NCBI GenBank assembly: GCA_045637365.1
Contig: JAZTZH010000018.1
Location: forward strand, 5,775-69,774
Direction of reading: 5' to 3'
Length of the DNA stretch: 64,000 bases
Origin: Acutalibacteraceae bacterium
Lineage (GTDB): Bacteria > Bacillota > Clostridia > Oscillospirales > Acutalibacteraceae
A program made the translations under genes and the position numbers. Shown here piece after piece: positions 18,973 to 28,898 of this stretch; the first letter of the stretch is position 1; each line of letters begins with the position of its first letter. The notes under the pieces are model-generated. The model had not been told where the DNA came from. It worked only from the letters and a program-made list of their open reading frames with translations, and made no database searches.

Positions 18973-21561
18973 ATGCGGCTTCTTGTAATTGACGGTAACA
19001 GTATCGTAAACCGTGCCTTTTACGGTATTAAAATGCTTACTACCAAAGACGGTCAGTTTACCAACGGCATTTACGGCTTTATGAATATACTTATTAAGCT
19101 TCGTGAGGAGTGTCAGCCTGACAGGGCGGCGGTGGCTTTCGACCTTAAGGCACCGACCTTCCGACATAAAATGTATGAGGAATATAAGGCAGGCAGAAAG
19201 GGTATGCCCGACGAGCTTCGCAGTCAGATGCCTATTCTGAAAGAGCTTCTTACTGCTCTCGGCTACACCGTAGTAGAAAAGGAAGGCTACGAGGCGGATG
19301 ACATTTTAGGTACACTCTCTGCACAGTGTAAGGGTGACGATCTCTGCTTTATCGCCACGGGGGACAGAGACTCTCTTCAGCTTGTCAGCGATAACACTAA
19401 GGTCCTTTTAGCCTCCACGAAAATGGGCAAGGCAGTAACCACTGTTTACGACAAGGAAAAGCTTATGGAAGAGTACGGTGTTGAGCCGAAGGGTATGATA
19501 GAAATCAAAGCTCTTATGGGCGACTCTTCCGATAATATTCCCGGTGTGGCGGGTGTAGGACAGAAGACAGCAGGAGAGCTTATCCGTAACTACGGAAGCA
19601 TTGATTACATCTATGAGCATATCGACGAGCTTGACATAAAAAAAGGCATTCACGATAAGCTTGTAGCCGGCAAGGATATGGCATATTTAAGCCGACAGCT
19701 CGGCACTATCTGTCTCGAAGCTCCTGTAGACCTTGATATGGACAGCTATAAAATTGGCGAGGGCGATTTGCAGAAGGCTCTTTCTCTTCTCGTCTCTCTG
19801 GAAATGTTCGGTATCATCGAAAAGTTGGGTCTGACCCGAGAGAAAATACAGGTCCTTCCCGAAAAGGAAAAAGAAAAGAAAGTTTACGGTGAGGAAAGAG
19901 ACTTACCTCTTCTCTTGGGCAAGATTAAAGATGAGGCTTATTTCCTTACGGACTATGACGGAAACGGTGAAATAGAAAAGCTTTATTTCTCCTTTGAAAA
20001 TGAGGCGAAGTATGTAAGTAAGGACTGCTTCGATTTTAATGATTTCGTCAGCACATTTCTTTCTTCCGGCAGTAAAAAGTATACAAGTGATATTAAATCT
20101 CTTTATAAATATGCGCTTAAAAAGGGCATAGAGATAAAAAATGCAGTTATGGATACTGCTTTAGCAGGTTATATTCTTAACCCTTCAGCTTCTTCTTATG
20201 CTCCTGAAAGACTCTGCGAGGAATATTCCTGTCTTTCGGATGCGGAATGTTCTGATGAAGGCGAAAAAGAAAAGGCTGTGGTTGCTGTTTCGTTTAAGGA
20301 ACTCTGCGGAAAGCTCTCTTCTCTTATCGAGGAAAACGGACAGACAGAGCTTCTCTGTTACATTGAGCTTCCTCTTTCGCTTGTTTTAGCTGATATGGAA
20401 AACACAGGCTTCCTCGTGGACAGAAAAGGTATCCAAGCTTTCGGTGAAAAGCTCTCCTTTAAAGTGCAGGAACTTACTGATAAAATCTACGAAGAAGCAG
20501 GCTTTGAATTCAATATCAATTCACCCAAACAGCTCGGTGTGGCTCTTTTCGAAAAATTAGGTCTGCCCTGCAAGAAAAAGACAAAGAGCGGTTATTCCAC
20601 CAATGCAGATGTACTGGAAGAACTGGCAGGGGAGTATCCTATAGTTGCCGATGTTCTCGAATACAGAACATTAGCCAAACTCAAGTCCACCTACTGCGAA
20701 GGTCTGCTCAAAGTTATCGACTCTGACGGAAGAATCCGTTCCACTCTCAATCAGACAGAAACGAGAACGGGTAGAATTTCCTCCACCGAGCCTAATTTAC
20801 AGAATATTCCCGTCCGCTCAGAGCTTGGCAGAGAAATGAGACGCTTTTTTACTGCCGATGAGGGCAGATGTCTCGTGGATGCCGACTATTCTCAGATTGA
20901 GCTTCGTGTTCTTGCGCATCTTTCAAATGACGCCACTATGATAGAAGGTTTCAATAACGGTGAGGATATTCATGCCATAACCGCTTCACAGGTATTCAAT
21001 ATGCCTCTGTTTATGGTGACTCCTCTGATGCGAAGCCGTGCCAAGGCAGTAAACTTCGGTATCGTTTACGGTATCGGTGCTTTCTCTCTTGCCAAGGACA
21101 TAGGTGTAACGAGAAAAGAGGCAGATAATTACATTAAAGGTTATCTTCATCATTACAGCGCTGTCAGGGATTATCTCGAAAAAGTAGTGGAGAAGGCGAA
21201 AGATGACGGATATGTAAGTACTCTTTTCCACAGAAGAAGATATCTTCCCGAGCTTACGGCGAGCAACAAGATGCTTCAGGCATTCGGTGAGCGTGTGGCA
21301 AAGAATATGCCCGTACAGGGAACTGCCGCCGATATTATAAAAATCGCTATGGTAAAGGTTTACAACAGACTTTTAAAAGAAAATATAGATGCTAAACTCA
21401 TTATGCAGGTACACGACGAACTGATTGTCGAGTGTGCTGAAAAAGACCGACAGGCGGCAGAGATAATTCTGAAACAAGAGATGGAAAATGCCTGTAAAAT
21501 GAAAGTAAAGCTTCTCGCAGATGTACATTCGGGTAAAACCTGGTATGATGCGAAGGGATAA
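18973..21561 (+). CDS. polA: DNA polymerase I
   Basis: The 5'-nuclease N-terminus is LLVIDGNSIVNRAF. The polymerase motifs are DYSQIELRVLAH, RSRAKAVNFGIVYG and QVHDELIVE. The ATG at 18973 follows aagaggtg. Confidence 0.95.
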   Translation: MRLLVIDGNSIVNRAFYGIKMLTTKDGQFTNGIYGFMNILIKLREECQPDRAAVAFDLKAPTFRHKMYEEYKAGRKGMPDELRSQMPILKELLTALGYTVVEKEGYEADDILGTLSAQCKGDDLCFIATGDRDSLQLVSDNTKVLLASTKMGKAVTTVYDKEKLMEEYGVEPKGMIEIKALMGDSSDNIPGVAGVGQKTAGELIRNYGSIDYIYEHIDELDIKKGIHDKLVAGKDMAYLSRQLGTICLEAPVDLDMDSYKIGEGDLQKALSLLVSLEMFGIIEKLGLTREKIQVLPEKEKEKKVYGEERDLPLLLGKIKDEAYFLTDYDGNGEIEKLYFSFENEAKYVSKDCFDFNDFVSTFLSSGSKKYTSDIKSLYKYALKKGIEIKNAVMDTALAGYILNPSASSYAPERLCEEYSCLSDAECSDEGEKEKAVVAVSFKELCGKLSSLIEENGQTELLCYIELPLSLVLADMENTGFLVDRKGIQAFGEKLSFKVQELTDKIYEEAGFEFNINSPKQLGVALFEKLGLPCKKKTKSGYSTNADVLEELAGEYPIVADVLEYRTLAKLKSTYCEGLLKVIDSDGRIRSTLNQTETRTGRISSTEPNLQNIPVRSELGREMRRFFTADEGRCLVDADYSQIELRVLAHLSNDATMIEGFNNGEDIHAITASQVFNMPLFMVTPLMRSRAKAVNFGIVYGIGAFSLAKDIGVTRKEADNYIKGYLHHYSAVRDYLEKVVEKAKDDGYVSTLFHRRRYLPELTASNKMLQAFGERVAKNMPVQGTAADIIKIAMVKVYNRLLKENIDAKLIMQVHDELIVECAEKDRQAAEIILKQEMENACKMKVKLLADVHSGKTWYDAKG

Positions 21562-21574
21562 TAATTGAATTTTA

Positions 21575-21617
21575 ATCACTCTGAACTCCATAAAAGGAGA
21601 TTCGGGGTGATTTTTTT
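21575..21617 (+). terminator. Putative terminator of polA
   Basis: Imperfect stem atcactctgaactcc / ggagattcggggtgat, followed by T7. Confidence 0.55.
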
Positions 21618-21839
21618 GCTTTTTCCGATGCTTTTTCTCGATTTTTACTGAAAAAAGCTGTTTATATCATTCTGAATGTTAATAATTTGTAAACTCGACT
21701 GACTTGTAATTTAATGCCTGTCACTACTCCTTTGCGGTAGCCGAAACGCCTACCGCAAGATTTGGTATAAGACCGTAAAACCCTTTATTTATAAAGGTTT
21801 TTTCATTAAAAAGTTTTTTGAAAAATATTCAAAAATCCA

Positions 21840-21868
21840 TTGACATTCCGAGCTATACATATTATAAT
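21840..21868 (+). promoter_or_regulatory. Consensus sigma-A promoter of the dcw cluster (Pmra)
   Basis: TTGACA (21840-21845), 17 nt, TATAAT (21863-21868). GTGGT-type repeats lie downstream (GTGGTGGTTTGTGGTG, 21913-21928) where MraZ boxes are expected. Confidence 0.75.
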
Positions 21869-21970
21869 AAAAATACGAATTTGGAGATTTGTCCCATTTT
21901 AGTATCTGCTTCGTGGTGGTTTGTGGTGACAGTCTCTCGGAACTATAAAAGAAAGGACGGTGCTTGAAGA

Positions 21971-22453
21971 ATGTTTTTAGGAACTTACGAACATAATCTT
22001 GACGGTAAAAACAGAGTCATACTTCCCGTGAAGTTTCGTAAGGGTCTCGGTGAAGAGTTCATCTGTAAATTCCACGCTTCGAAATACCCGTCCGTACAGC
22101 TTTACAATGCTGAGGAGTTCGAGCGTTCCCGTGAAGAGGCTCTTATGAGAGCGAGAACTCCCATCGAAAAAAGAAATATTCTCGCACAGTTCCATTTAGG
22201 CACCGACACAGCCGGCTGTGACAGCCAGGGCAGAGTAGTTTTTAATCAGATGATTACTGAGGCTGCTGAAATCGAAAAGGCCTGTATCTTCGTTGGTTTC
22301 GGCGATTACATCGAGGTTATGAGTCCCGCTAACTACAAGAAATATCTTGCTTCCATTACTGCAAGTAACGTCGCTGACGAACAGGCACTTGAAGATGAGG
22401 CGGATGCTTACCGTAAGTATCAGTCTGAAGGTAAGTTTCTCAATCTCGGTTAA
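21971..22453 (+). CDS. mraZ: Transcriptional regulator MraZ
   Basis: FLGTYEHNLDGKNRVILPVKFR is the SpoVT/AbrB-like MraZ repeat. It is the first gene of the dcw cluster. Confidence 0.95.
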   Translation: MFLGTYEHNLDGKNRVILPVKFRKGLGEEFICKFHASKYPSVQLYNAEEFERSREEALMRARTPIEKRNILAQFHLGTDTAGCDSQGRVVFNQMITEAAEIEKACIFVGFGDYIEVMSPANYKKYLASITASNVADEQALEDEADAYRKYQSEGKFLNLG

Positions 22454-22468
22454 AAGGAGGACGGCATA

Positions 22469-23407
22469 ATGGAGTTTTCCCACATAAGCGTCCTTCTTGA
22501 AGAAACGATAGACGCTCTCGATATAAAGCCTGACGGCATTTATGTGGACTGTACCTGCGGAGGTGCGGGACACAGCAGTGAAATCCTTAAAAGGCTTTCG
22601 GAAAAAGGCAAACTTATCGCTATTGACCAGGATCCCGATGCCATAGAAATAATAAAAGAAAGAATCGGCACGGACAGCCGTGTTACCGTGGTTCACGATA
22701 ACTTTTCAAACTTAAGAAAGATATTTGACACATTAGGTATAGACAAGGTTGACGGCATACTTGCCGATCTGGGAGTTTCTTCTCATCAGCTTGATACGGC
22801 CGAGAGAGGCTTTTCCTTCCATAACGAGGCACCGCTCGACATGAGAATGTCTCAGCAGGGTATGTCAGCTGCAGATATTGTGGCTACATATTCACAGAAG
22901 GATTTAACCAGAATCTTCAGAGATTACGGTGAAGAGAAATTCGCTCAGAGAATAGCGGCGAACATAGTCGCTTACAGAGAAAGAGAAGAGATAAAGACAA
23001 CGACGGTTCTTGCAGAAATCATTAAAGAAGCTATCCCGGCCGCTACGAGAAGAACGGGCGGTCATCCGGCCAGAAGAGTTTTTCAGGCACTTCGTCTGGA
23101 GGTAAACGGGGAATTACAGAGAATAAGTGATACGGTAGGAGAAATGTTCGGTTCACTTAATGTGGGTGGAAGAGTGGCGATAATCACTTTCCATTCCCTT
23201 GAGGACAGAATAGTAAAGAAGGCCTTCGCTTCCTTCTGTAAGGGATGTGAATGTCCACCGAGCTGTCCCGTATGTGTCTGCGGGAAGACACCGGAAGGAA
23301 AGCTTCCTTTTAAAAAAGTCCTTCCGTCAGAAAGAGAAATAGAAGAGAATCAGCGTTCCAGGAGCGCAACACTCAGATGTGTGGAAAGAATCAGAGAGAA
23401 AGAGTAA
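22469..23407 (+). CDS. rsmH: 16S rRNA (cytosine1402-N4)-methyltransferase
   Basis: HISVLLEETIDAL, YVDCTCGGAGHS and DLGVSSHQLD. Confidence 0.95.
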   Translation: MEFSHISVLLEETIDALDIKPDGIYVDCTCGGAGHSSEILKRLSEKGKLIAIDQDPDAIEIIKERIGTDSRVTVVHDNFSNLRKIFDTLGIDKVDGILADLGVSSHQLDTAERGFSFHNEAPLDMRMSQQGMSAADIVATYSQKDLTRIFRDYGEEKFAQRIAANIVAYREREEIKTTTVLAEIIKEAIPAATRRTGGHPARRVFQALRLEVNGELQRISDTVGEMFGSLNVGGRVAIITFHSLEDRIVKKAFASFCKGCECPPSCPVCVCGKTPEGKLPFKKVLPSEREIEENQRSRSATLRCVERIREKE

Positions 23408-23436
23408 TTGACATTTAATTTTTGGGGTGAAGAAAG

Positions 23437-23895
23437 ATGGCAGCAGAAAACGCATACAGATATGATTACGGCTACAGTAATGCCGCACCTGCACAGCCTG
23501 TCGAAAGAGAACAGAAAAAGCAGAAAACACAGCAGAATGTAAACATTAATAAGGTGCAGCAGTCAGAGGCGGCACAGGGAAAAAAGGCTACACTTCAGCT
23601 TATGAAGGCTGCGGCTTTTCTTTGTGTGGTTTTAGCTATGTTTGCTGTTGCCTGTAACAGCTTTATTGAAAAGGATAAGGCTAAAAACAGACTCGAGTCA
23701 GCTAATGAAAATCTCGTTATCTGTCAGGCGGAAAACAAAGAGCTTAACGCTAAGCTTACAGCACTTAAGAGTGTGGAAAATATCGATAAGTTCGCCGTGG
23801 AAAAGTTAGGTCTCGTAAAGGTTACTCCCGAAAATGAAATCTATCTTACCTCCGAAAAGGGGAACAGAGTTGTTTTATCCCGTAACGGCGAATAA
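23437..23895 (+). CDS. ftsL: Cell division protein FtsL-like (bitopic, coiled coil)
   Basis: A single TM helix (AAAFLCVVLAMFAVACNSFI) is followed by a coiled coil. Position between rsmH and the PBP fits. Confidence 0.7.
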   Translation: MAAENAYRYDYGYSNAAPAQPVEREQKKQKTQQNVNINKVQQSEAAQGKKATLQLMKAAAFLCVVLAMFAVACNSFIEKDKAKNRLESANENLVICQAENKELNAKLTALKSVENIDKFAVEKLGLVKVTPENEIYLTSEKGNRVVLSRNGE

Positions 23896-23995
23896 GGCAA
23901 ATAAAAATAAAATAAGATGAATATTAATTAAAAAGGGGACTGTAAAAGTATGATTTACTATGCAGCCCCTGTTTTGGATATTTATTAAGGAGTGA

Positions 23996-26347
23996 TTGAG
24001 GTTGTATATACGGATATTCAAAGACAGAGTAAAAAGGAAAACAGACCTTGTTTTTGTTAAAAGAGTAAAAAGTCTTGTTGCTTTGTTTATGGTATTTTTC
24101 TTCTGTGTCAATCTCGGTGCAGTAGGCTATATAATGGTGTTTCACGGTGAAGAATACCGTGAAGCCGCTGCCAGGAATCAGCTTTACGATGAAACTATAG
24201 ATGCAGTGAGAGGTACTGTTTACGACCGTAATATGACACCTCTTGTAACGAGTACATCGGCGTGGATTTTATGCTGTAATCCCGATGAAATAAGAAGATC
24301 CTTCAAAAGCTATGATGAAAAATACCTCGAGGAGTTTTACACTTATCTTTCCAAAGGTATAGCTAAAGCGGTATCGTCGAAAACTAAAGATGTAAAAGCT
24401 CTCATAACACGTCCCGACAGTAAGTATGTCCGTGTAAAGAAAGAGGTTACTCCCACACAGAAAATCGCACTTCAGAGTTTTCTTGAGACAGAATATGTTT
24501 TTCAGGTACCGGTGGAGAGCTCGAGCTGGGGAAAAACCGTAACTGAGCTGAAGGACAGAAAAGTAAGACCTGCTAAATTCTTTTCCTACGAAAATGACAG
24601 TAAAAGAGTTTACACTCAGAAAAAGTTCGCTTCCACGCTCATCGGCGTAGTAAATGCCGACGGTAACGGTGAGACAGGTATAGAGAAATACTATAACGAT
24701 GTTCTCAGCGGTGAAAGCGGAAGAATAGTAACTGCCAAGGACTCCAGGGGTAATGTGCTCGAGTCAAGCTATGAAACTGTTTTCGATGCCACTGACGGTA
24801 ACGGTGTGGTTCTCACTATTGATGAGAATGTACAGTCTTACCTCGAAAATGCGCTGGATCAGGCTCTCGAAAGCATTAAGCCTGACGGTGTTTACGGTAT
24901 AGTTATGGATGTTGATACAGGTGCAGTTCTGGCTATGAGCGATAAGCCGGATTTCGACCTTACACAGCCGGGTAAGCTTATCAAATCAGCAGATAAAAGC
25001 TTGCTTAAGGAGCTTGAAGAGGGCAGTGAGGAATATAATGCGGAATACAGCCGTCTTCTTTACGACCAGTGGAGCAGCTTCTGTGTAACGGACACCTATG
25101 AGCCTGGCTCTACCTTTAAAATTTTTACAGCAGCTGCCGCTCTCGAAGAAGGCACTGCTACGCTGAATTCTACTTACACCTGCCGCAGTTATAATAAAAT
25201 AGCGGACATTACCTACAGATGTGCTCAGAATAAGGCTCACGGCACACAGACTCTTACACAGATGCTGATGAATTCCTGTAACTGCGGATTTATTCATGTC
25301 GGACAGAATCTCGGCAAGGATAATTATTATAAATACTTTGAGGCCTTCGGCTTTACCGAAAGGACCGGTATAGATACGGGAAATGAGGCTTATCCCTATG
25401 TTCATAAGCAGGAGACTATGTCGAAGGTTGACCTTGCAAGTACATCCTTTGGTCAGTCGGTCAGAATCAGTCCCTTACAGCTTATCACTGCCACCTGTGC
25501 TATTGCTAACGGCGGTAAGCTGATGAAGCCTTATCTCGTAGACAAGATAGTGGACAGTGACGGTAATGTTGTTTCAGAGACAGAGCCTACTGTCAGAAGG
25601 ACAGTAATTTCCGAATCCACCTGTGCCAAGGTGCGTTCGATGATGGAAGCCGTAGTAGAAAGCGGTACAGGTAAAAACGCTTATATCGCAGGCTACCGTG
25701 TGGCTGGCAAGACGGCTACAGCGGAAAAGCTCGATGACGGCTCAGACGAAGATATTTACATCGCATCCTTTGTTTGCTTCGCTCCGGCAAATGACCCGGA
25801 AATAGCCATACTTGTGGGCGTCGATAATGCTCCGGGTGCTTACCGTGGCGGTGGTGTTCTGGCTGCTCCTATTGCGAAAGAGGTTATGGAGGCTACACTC
25901 GACTATATGAATGTAGAGCCTCAGTACACTGCAGATGAGCTCGCAGCAGTAAGCAGAGTTACGCCGACTCTTGTAGGCAAGACAATGAGCTCAGCTAAGG
26001 TGGCTGCAGCGGCGGAAGGTTTCACGGCTAAGGTTATCGGTAAGGGTGACACGGTAGTTTCTCAGGTTCCCGCAGCCGGTCAGAGCATACCTAAAAACGG
26101 CGTAATTATTCTCTATACAGAAAAGGATTCAAAATCACAGGAAGTAAAAGTTCCCGATTTCACAGGTCTCACGGCCTCTCAGGTAAACACTCTTGCGACA
26201 GAAAACGGTCTCAACGTTATTTTCTCCGGTCCTGCGGAAACAGCAGGTGCACTTTCCTATAATCAGGATATAGCCAAGGAGACGACCGTTGACGCAGGTT
26301 CGAACATTACGGTATACTTCCGACAGGAAAATATAGCAGTCGATTGA
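23996..26347 (+). CDS. Class B penicillin-binding protein (FtsI/PBP2B/SpoVD type) with two C-terminal PASTA domains
   Basis: SxxK = STFK and SxN = SCN. The third box reads KTA rather than KTG. There are two PASTA-like repeats at the C-terminus. The TTG start is uncertain (23996 or 24002). Confidence 0.9.
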   Translation: MRLYIRIFKDRVKRKTDLVFVKRVKSLVALFMVFFFCVNLGAVGYIMVFHGEEYREAAARNQLYDETIDAVRGTVYDRNMTPLVTSTSAWILCCNPDEIRRSFKSYDEKYLEEFYTYLSKGIAKAVSSKTKDVKALITRPDSKYVRVKKEVTPTQKIALQSFLETEYVFQVPVESSSWGKTVTELKDRKVRPAKFFSYENDSKRVYTQKKFASTLIGVVNADGNGETGIEKYYNDVLSGESGRIVTAKDSRGNVLESSYETVFDATDGNGVVLTIDENVQSYLENALDQALESIKPDGVYGIVMDVDTGAVLAMSDKPDFDLTQPGKLIKSADKSLLKELEEGSEEYNAEYSRLLYDQWSSFCVTDTYEPGSTFKIFTAAAALEEGTATLNSTYTCRSYNKIADITYRCAQNKAHGTQTLTQMLMNSCNCGFIHVGQNLGKDNYYKYFEAFGFTERTGIDTGNEAYPYVHKQETMSKVDLASTSFGQSVRISPLQLITATCAIANGGKLMKPYLVDKIVDSDGNVVSETEPTVRRTVISESTCAKVRSMMEAVVESGTGKNAYIAGYRVAGKTATAEKLDDGSDEDIYIASFVCFAPANDPEIAILVGVDNAPGAYRGGGVLAAPIAKEVMEATLDYMNVEPQYTADELAAVSRVTPTLVGKTMSSAKVAAAAEGFTAKVIGKGDTVVSQVPAAGQSIPKNGVIILYTEKDSKSQEVKVPDFTGLTASQVNTLATENGLNVIFSGPAETAGALSYNQDIAKETTVDAGSNITVYFRQENIAVD

Positions 26348-26375
26348 TACCGTGTACTTTTAACGGAGGAACACT

Positions 26376-27788
26376 ATGCTTATTTCCAAATTGCTTTTTC
26401 AGTCAGGTATCGAGTATAAAAATGAGGATAAGGATATAAAATATATTACCGACGATTCCCGTAAGGTCAGACAGGACACTCTCTTTGTCTGCCATGAAAA
26501 AGGGGAGGAGTATGTCCGTCAGGCTCTTGAAAAGGGTGCAGTGGCGGTAATAGCAGAAAAAAACGTATGTGAAAATACGGTTATCGTAGAGGACAGCAGA
26601 AAGGCCTATTCACTTTTATGTGCCGCATTTTTCGGCTTCTGCCATAAAAATCTCCGCCTCATCGGTGTGACGGGTACTAACGGAAAAACCACTGTCAGCA
26701 CGATGATATATAATATCCTTACCATGGCAGGGCATAAGTGCGCCCTTTTCGGTACTGTCTGCAATAAGCTATGCGGAGAAAACAGCGAAGCTCATCTTAC
26801 TACTCCCGACAGCTTTTATATGCATAAGAAATTCAGAGAGATGACTGAATGTAACACGGAATACTGTATAATCGAAGCTTCTTCACAGGGTCTCATTCAG
26901 CAGAGACTGTACGGACTTGATTTCGAGGTAGGTATTTTCCTTAATCTCACAGAGGATCATCTTGACTACCACGGCGATATGGAAAATTACAAGAATGCTA
27001 AAAAGCTGCTCTTTTCTTCTAGTCGTCTTTCTGTAATAAATTATGATGATAAGTACAGAGATGAATTTGTTGTCGCTTCGGCAGGTGAGGTGAAAACCTA
27101 TTCACTGAAAAGCGATGAGGCGGATTTCACTGCCAAAGCAATAAACTTCAGCGAAGGCGTTACCGATTACGCCATCGTCTCTGACGGACTTATTCACCGC
27201 ATAAAGCTGAAAATTCCCGGTGCTTATAATGTGTCTAACTCTATGGCGGCGATTATAACCGCACTTTCTTTGGGCGTTTCTCTCGAATCCTGCTCGGCGG
27301 CACTTAAAAATTTCTACGGTGTCAGAGGCAGATTTGAGATAGTTCCTACAGACAGGGACTTCAAGGTGATAATCGATTACGCTCACACTCCCGACAGTCT
27401 TAAGCAGGTTCTTCTTACTCTCGGTAATTTCCCGAAAAACAGAGTCATAACTGTTTTCGGATGCGGAGGGGACCGTGACAGGGATAAAAGAGGAGAGATG
27501 GGTAAAATAGCCGCCGATTATTCGGATATGGTTATCGTTACAAGCGATAATCCGAGAAACGAAGAGCCTATGGATATAATCAGAGACATAGTGGGTGCCG
27601 TAAAAGGTACAAAAACTCCTATGTTCATTCATCAGGATAGAAGAAAGGCTATCGAATTTGCCTTGAAAAATGCCAAGGAGAATGATATAATTCTTCTGGC
27701 AGGTAAAGGTCACGAAACCAGTCAGTCGGTAAAAGGGGAGGAAATCCCTATGGACGAAAGAAAAATCATCAAGGAACTGTTAGGGTAA
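26376..27788 (+). CDS. murE: UDP-MurNAc-L-Ala-D-Glu:meso-DAP ligase
   Basis: P-loop GVTGTNGKTT. The DNPR motif (TSDNPRNEEP) indicates a DAP-adding enzyme. Confidence 0.9.
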   Translation: MLISKLLFQSGIEYKNEDKDIKYITDDSRKVRQDTLFVCHEKGEEYVRQALEKGAVAVIAEKNVCENTVIVEDSRKAYSLLCAAFFGFCHKNLRLIGVTGTNGKTTVSTMIYNILTMAGHKCALFGTVCNKLCGENSEAHLTTPDSFYMHKKFREMTECNTEYCIIEASSQGLIQQRLYGLDFEVGIFLNLTEDHLDYHGDMENYKNAKKLLFSSSRLSVINYDDKYRDEFVVASAGEVKTYSLKSDEADFTAKAINFSEGVTDYAIVSDGLIHRIKLKIPGAYNVSNSMAAIITALSLGVSLESCSAALKNFYGVRGRFEIVPTDRDFKVIIDYAHTPDSLKQVLLTLGNFPKNRVITVFGCGGDRDRDKRGEMGKIAADYSDMVIVTSDNPRNEEPMDIIRDIVGAVKGTKTPMFIHQDRRKAIEFALKNAKENDIILLAGKGHETSQSVKGEEIPMDERKIIKELLG

Positions 27789-27822
27789 TTACCCTTAAAG
27801 ATATTTGAAAGGAATGTTTTAA

Positions 27823-28860
27823 ATGACAAGCACTTTATCACTCGTTATTTCACTTATTATTTCTTTTGCTGTAACGGCACTTTTAGGTTATGTGCTTATT
27901 CCCGTGCTTCATAACCTTAAATTCGGTCAGAATATTCTCACGGACATCGGACCTAACTGGCACGCCAAAAAGCAGGGTACTCCCACTATGGGCGGTATTA
28001 TGTTCATCATCGGTACTATCTTTGCCACGGCTGTTACATTTCTTATCTGTAAAATGGCAGGCCTTCAGATTTTTGCTGAGCTCGACATAACGAGATATCA
28101 GCAGTACACGAAGCTTTTCACAGGTATACTTATGGCTGTCTGCTTTGCTCTTGTCGGATTCGCAGATGATTACATTAAGGTAGTAAAAAAGAGAAATTTA
28201 GGTCTTACAGAAATTCAGAAAACCATTCCTCAGGTACTTATTATCGGGGCTTATCTTGCTTCTCTTGTTATCAGTGAGAGCACATCCATGTACATTCCCT
28301 TCTACGGTAAGGTTAATTTCGACTCGGTAGGCGGAATTATTCTTTTTTGTGTTTTCAGTGTCTGTGTAATTTACGGTGCAATCAATGCCGTTAACTTTAC
28401 TGACGGTATTGACGGACTCTGCGGTACAGTTACTATTCCCGTAGGTGTTGCCTTTGCCGTAATCGCACTTATGATGAAGACTACATCCGTAGGTATTCTC
28501 GGTGCGGCTCTTGCAGGAAGCTGTGCAGGTTATGTGGTATGGAACCGTTATCCTGCCAAGGTGTTTATGGGTGACACGGGATCAATGTTCCTCGGCGGTC
28601 TCGTCGTAGCTCTCGCTTATTGTGTCGACTGTCCGATTATTCTTCTTCCCATCGGTATCGTTTATGTTATTGAGGCTCTTTCTGATGTTATCCAGATAGG
28701 CTCCATAAAAATCCGCAAAAAGAAGGTATTTAAAATGGCTCCCATCCATCATCATTTTGAGATGTCCGGATGGAGTGAAAATAAAATTGTTGCCGTATTC
28801 AGCACCGTAAGCCTTATCGGTTGTATTATCGGTGTAGCTGTTATGTATTTCACAGTATAA
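27823..28860 (+). CDS. mraY: Phospho-MurNAc-pentapeptide translocase
   Basis: NAVNFTDGIDGL, MGDTGSMFLGG and PIHHHFE. Confidence 0.95.
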   Translation: MTSTLSLVISLIISFAVTALLGYVLIPVLHNLKFGQNILTDIGPNWHAKKQGTPTMGGIMFIIGTIFATAVTFLICKMAGLQIFAELDITRYQQYTKLFTGILMAVCFALVGFADDYIKVVKKRNLGLTEIQKTIPQVLIIGAYLASLVISESTSMYIPFYGKVNFDSVGGIILFCVFSVCVIYGAINAVNFTDGIDGLCGTVTIPVGVAFAVIALMMKTTSVGILGAALAGSCAGYVVWNRYPAKVFMGDTGSMFLGGLVVALAYCVDCPIILLPIGIVYVIEALSDVIQIGSIKIRKKKVFKMAPIHHHFEMSGWSENKIVAVFSTVSLIGCIIGVAVMYFTV

Positions 28861-28898
28861 AATATATTTTCGGAATTTATGAGGTAGGAGGGAAAGGT

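Noticed and set aside
23920-23975. A hairpin (ggggactg...cagcccct followed by gtttt) between ftsL and the PBP gene, considered as an internal terminator.
   Set aside because: The stem is short and bulged and the T-run is weak. It may attenuate transcription, but the evidence is thin.
28821-28898. N-terminal extensions in the ORF track. Examples are 28821 for ftsW, 32659 for ftsQ, 35629 for the DUF4474-like gene, 52602 for the glycosidase, 11501 for the delta/alpha ORF, 18931 for polA, 17425 for arsR and 17787 for czcD.
   Set aside because: In each case a downstream ATG has a good Shine-Dalgarno sequence and gives a canonical N-terminus. The extension either overlaps the preceding gene or overlaps regulatory sites.
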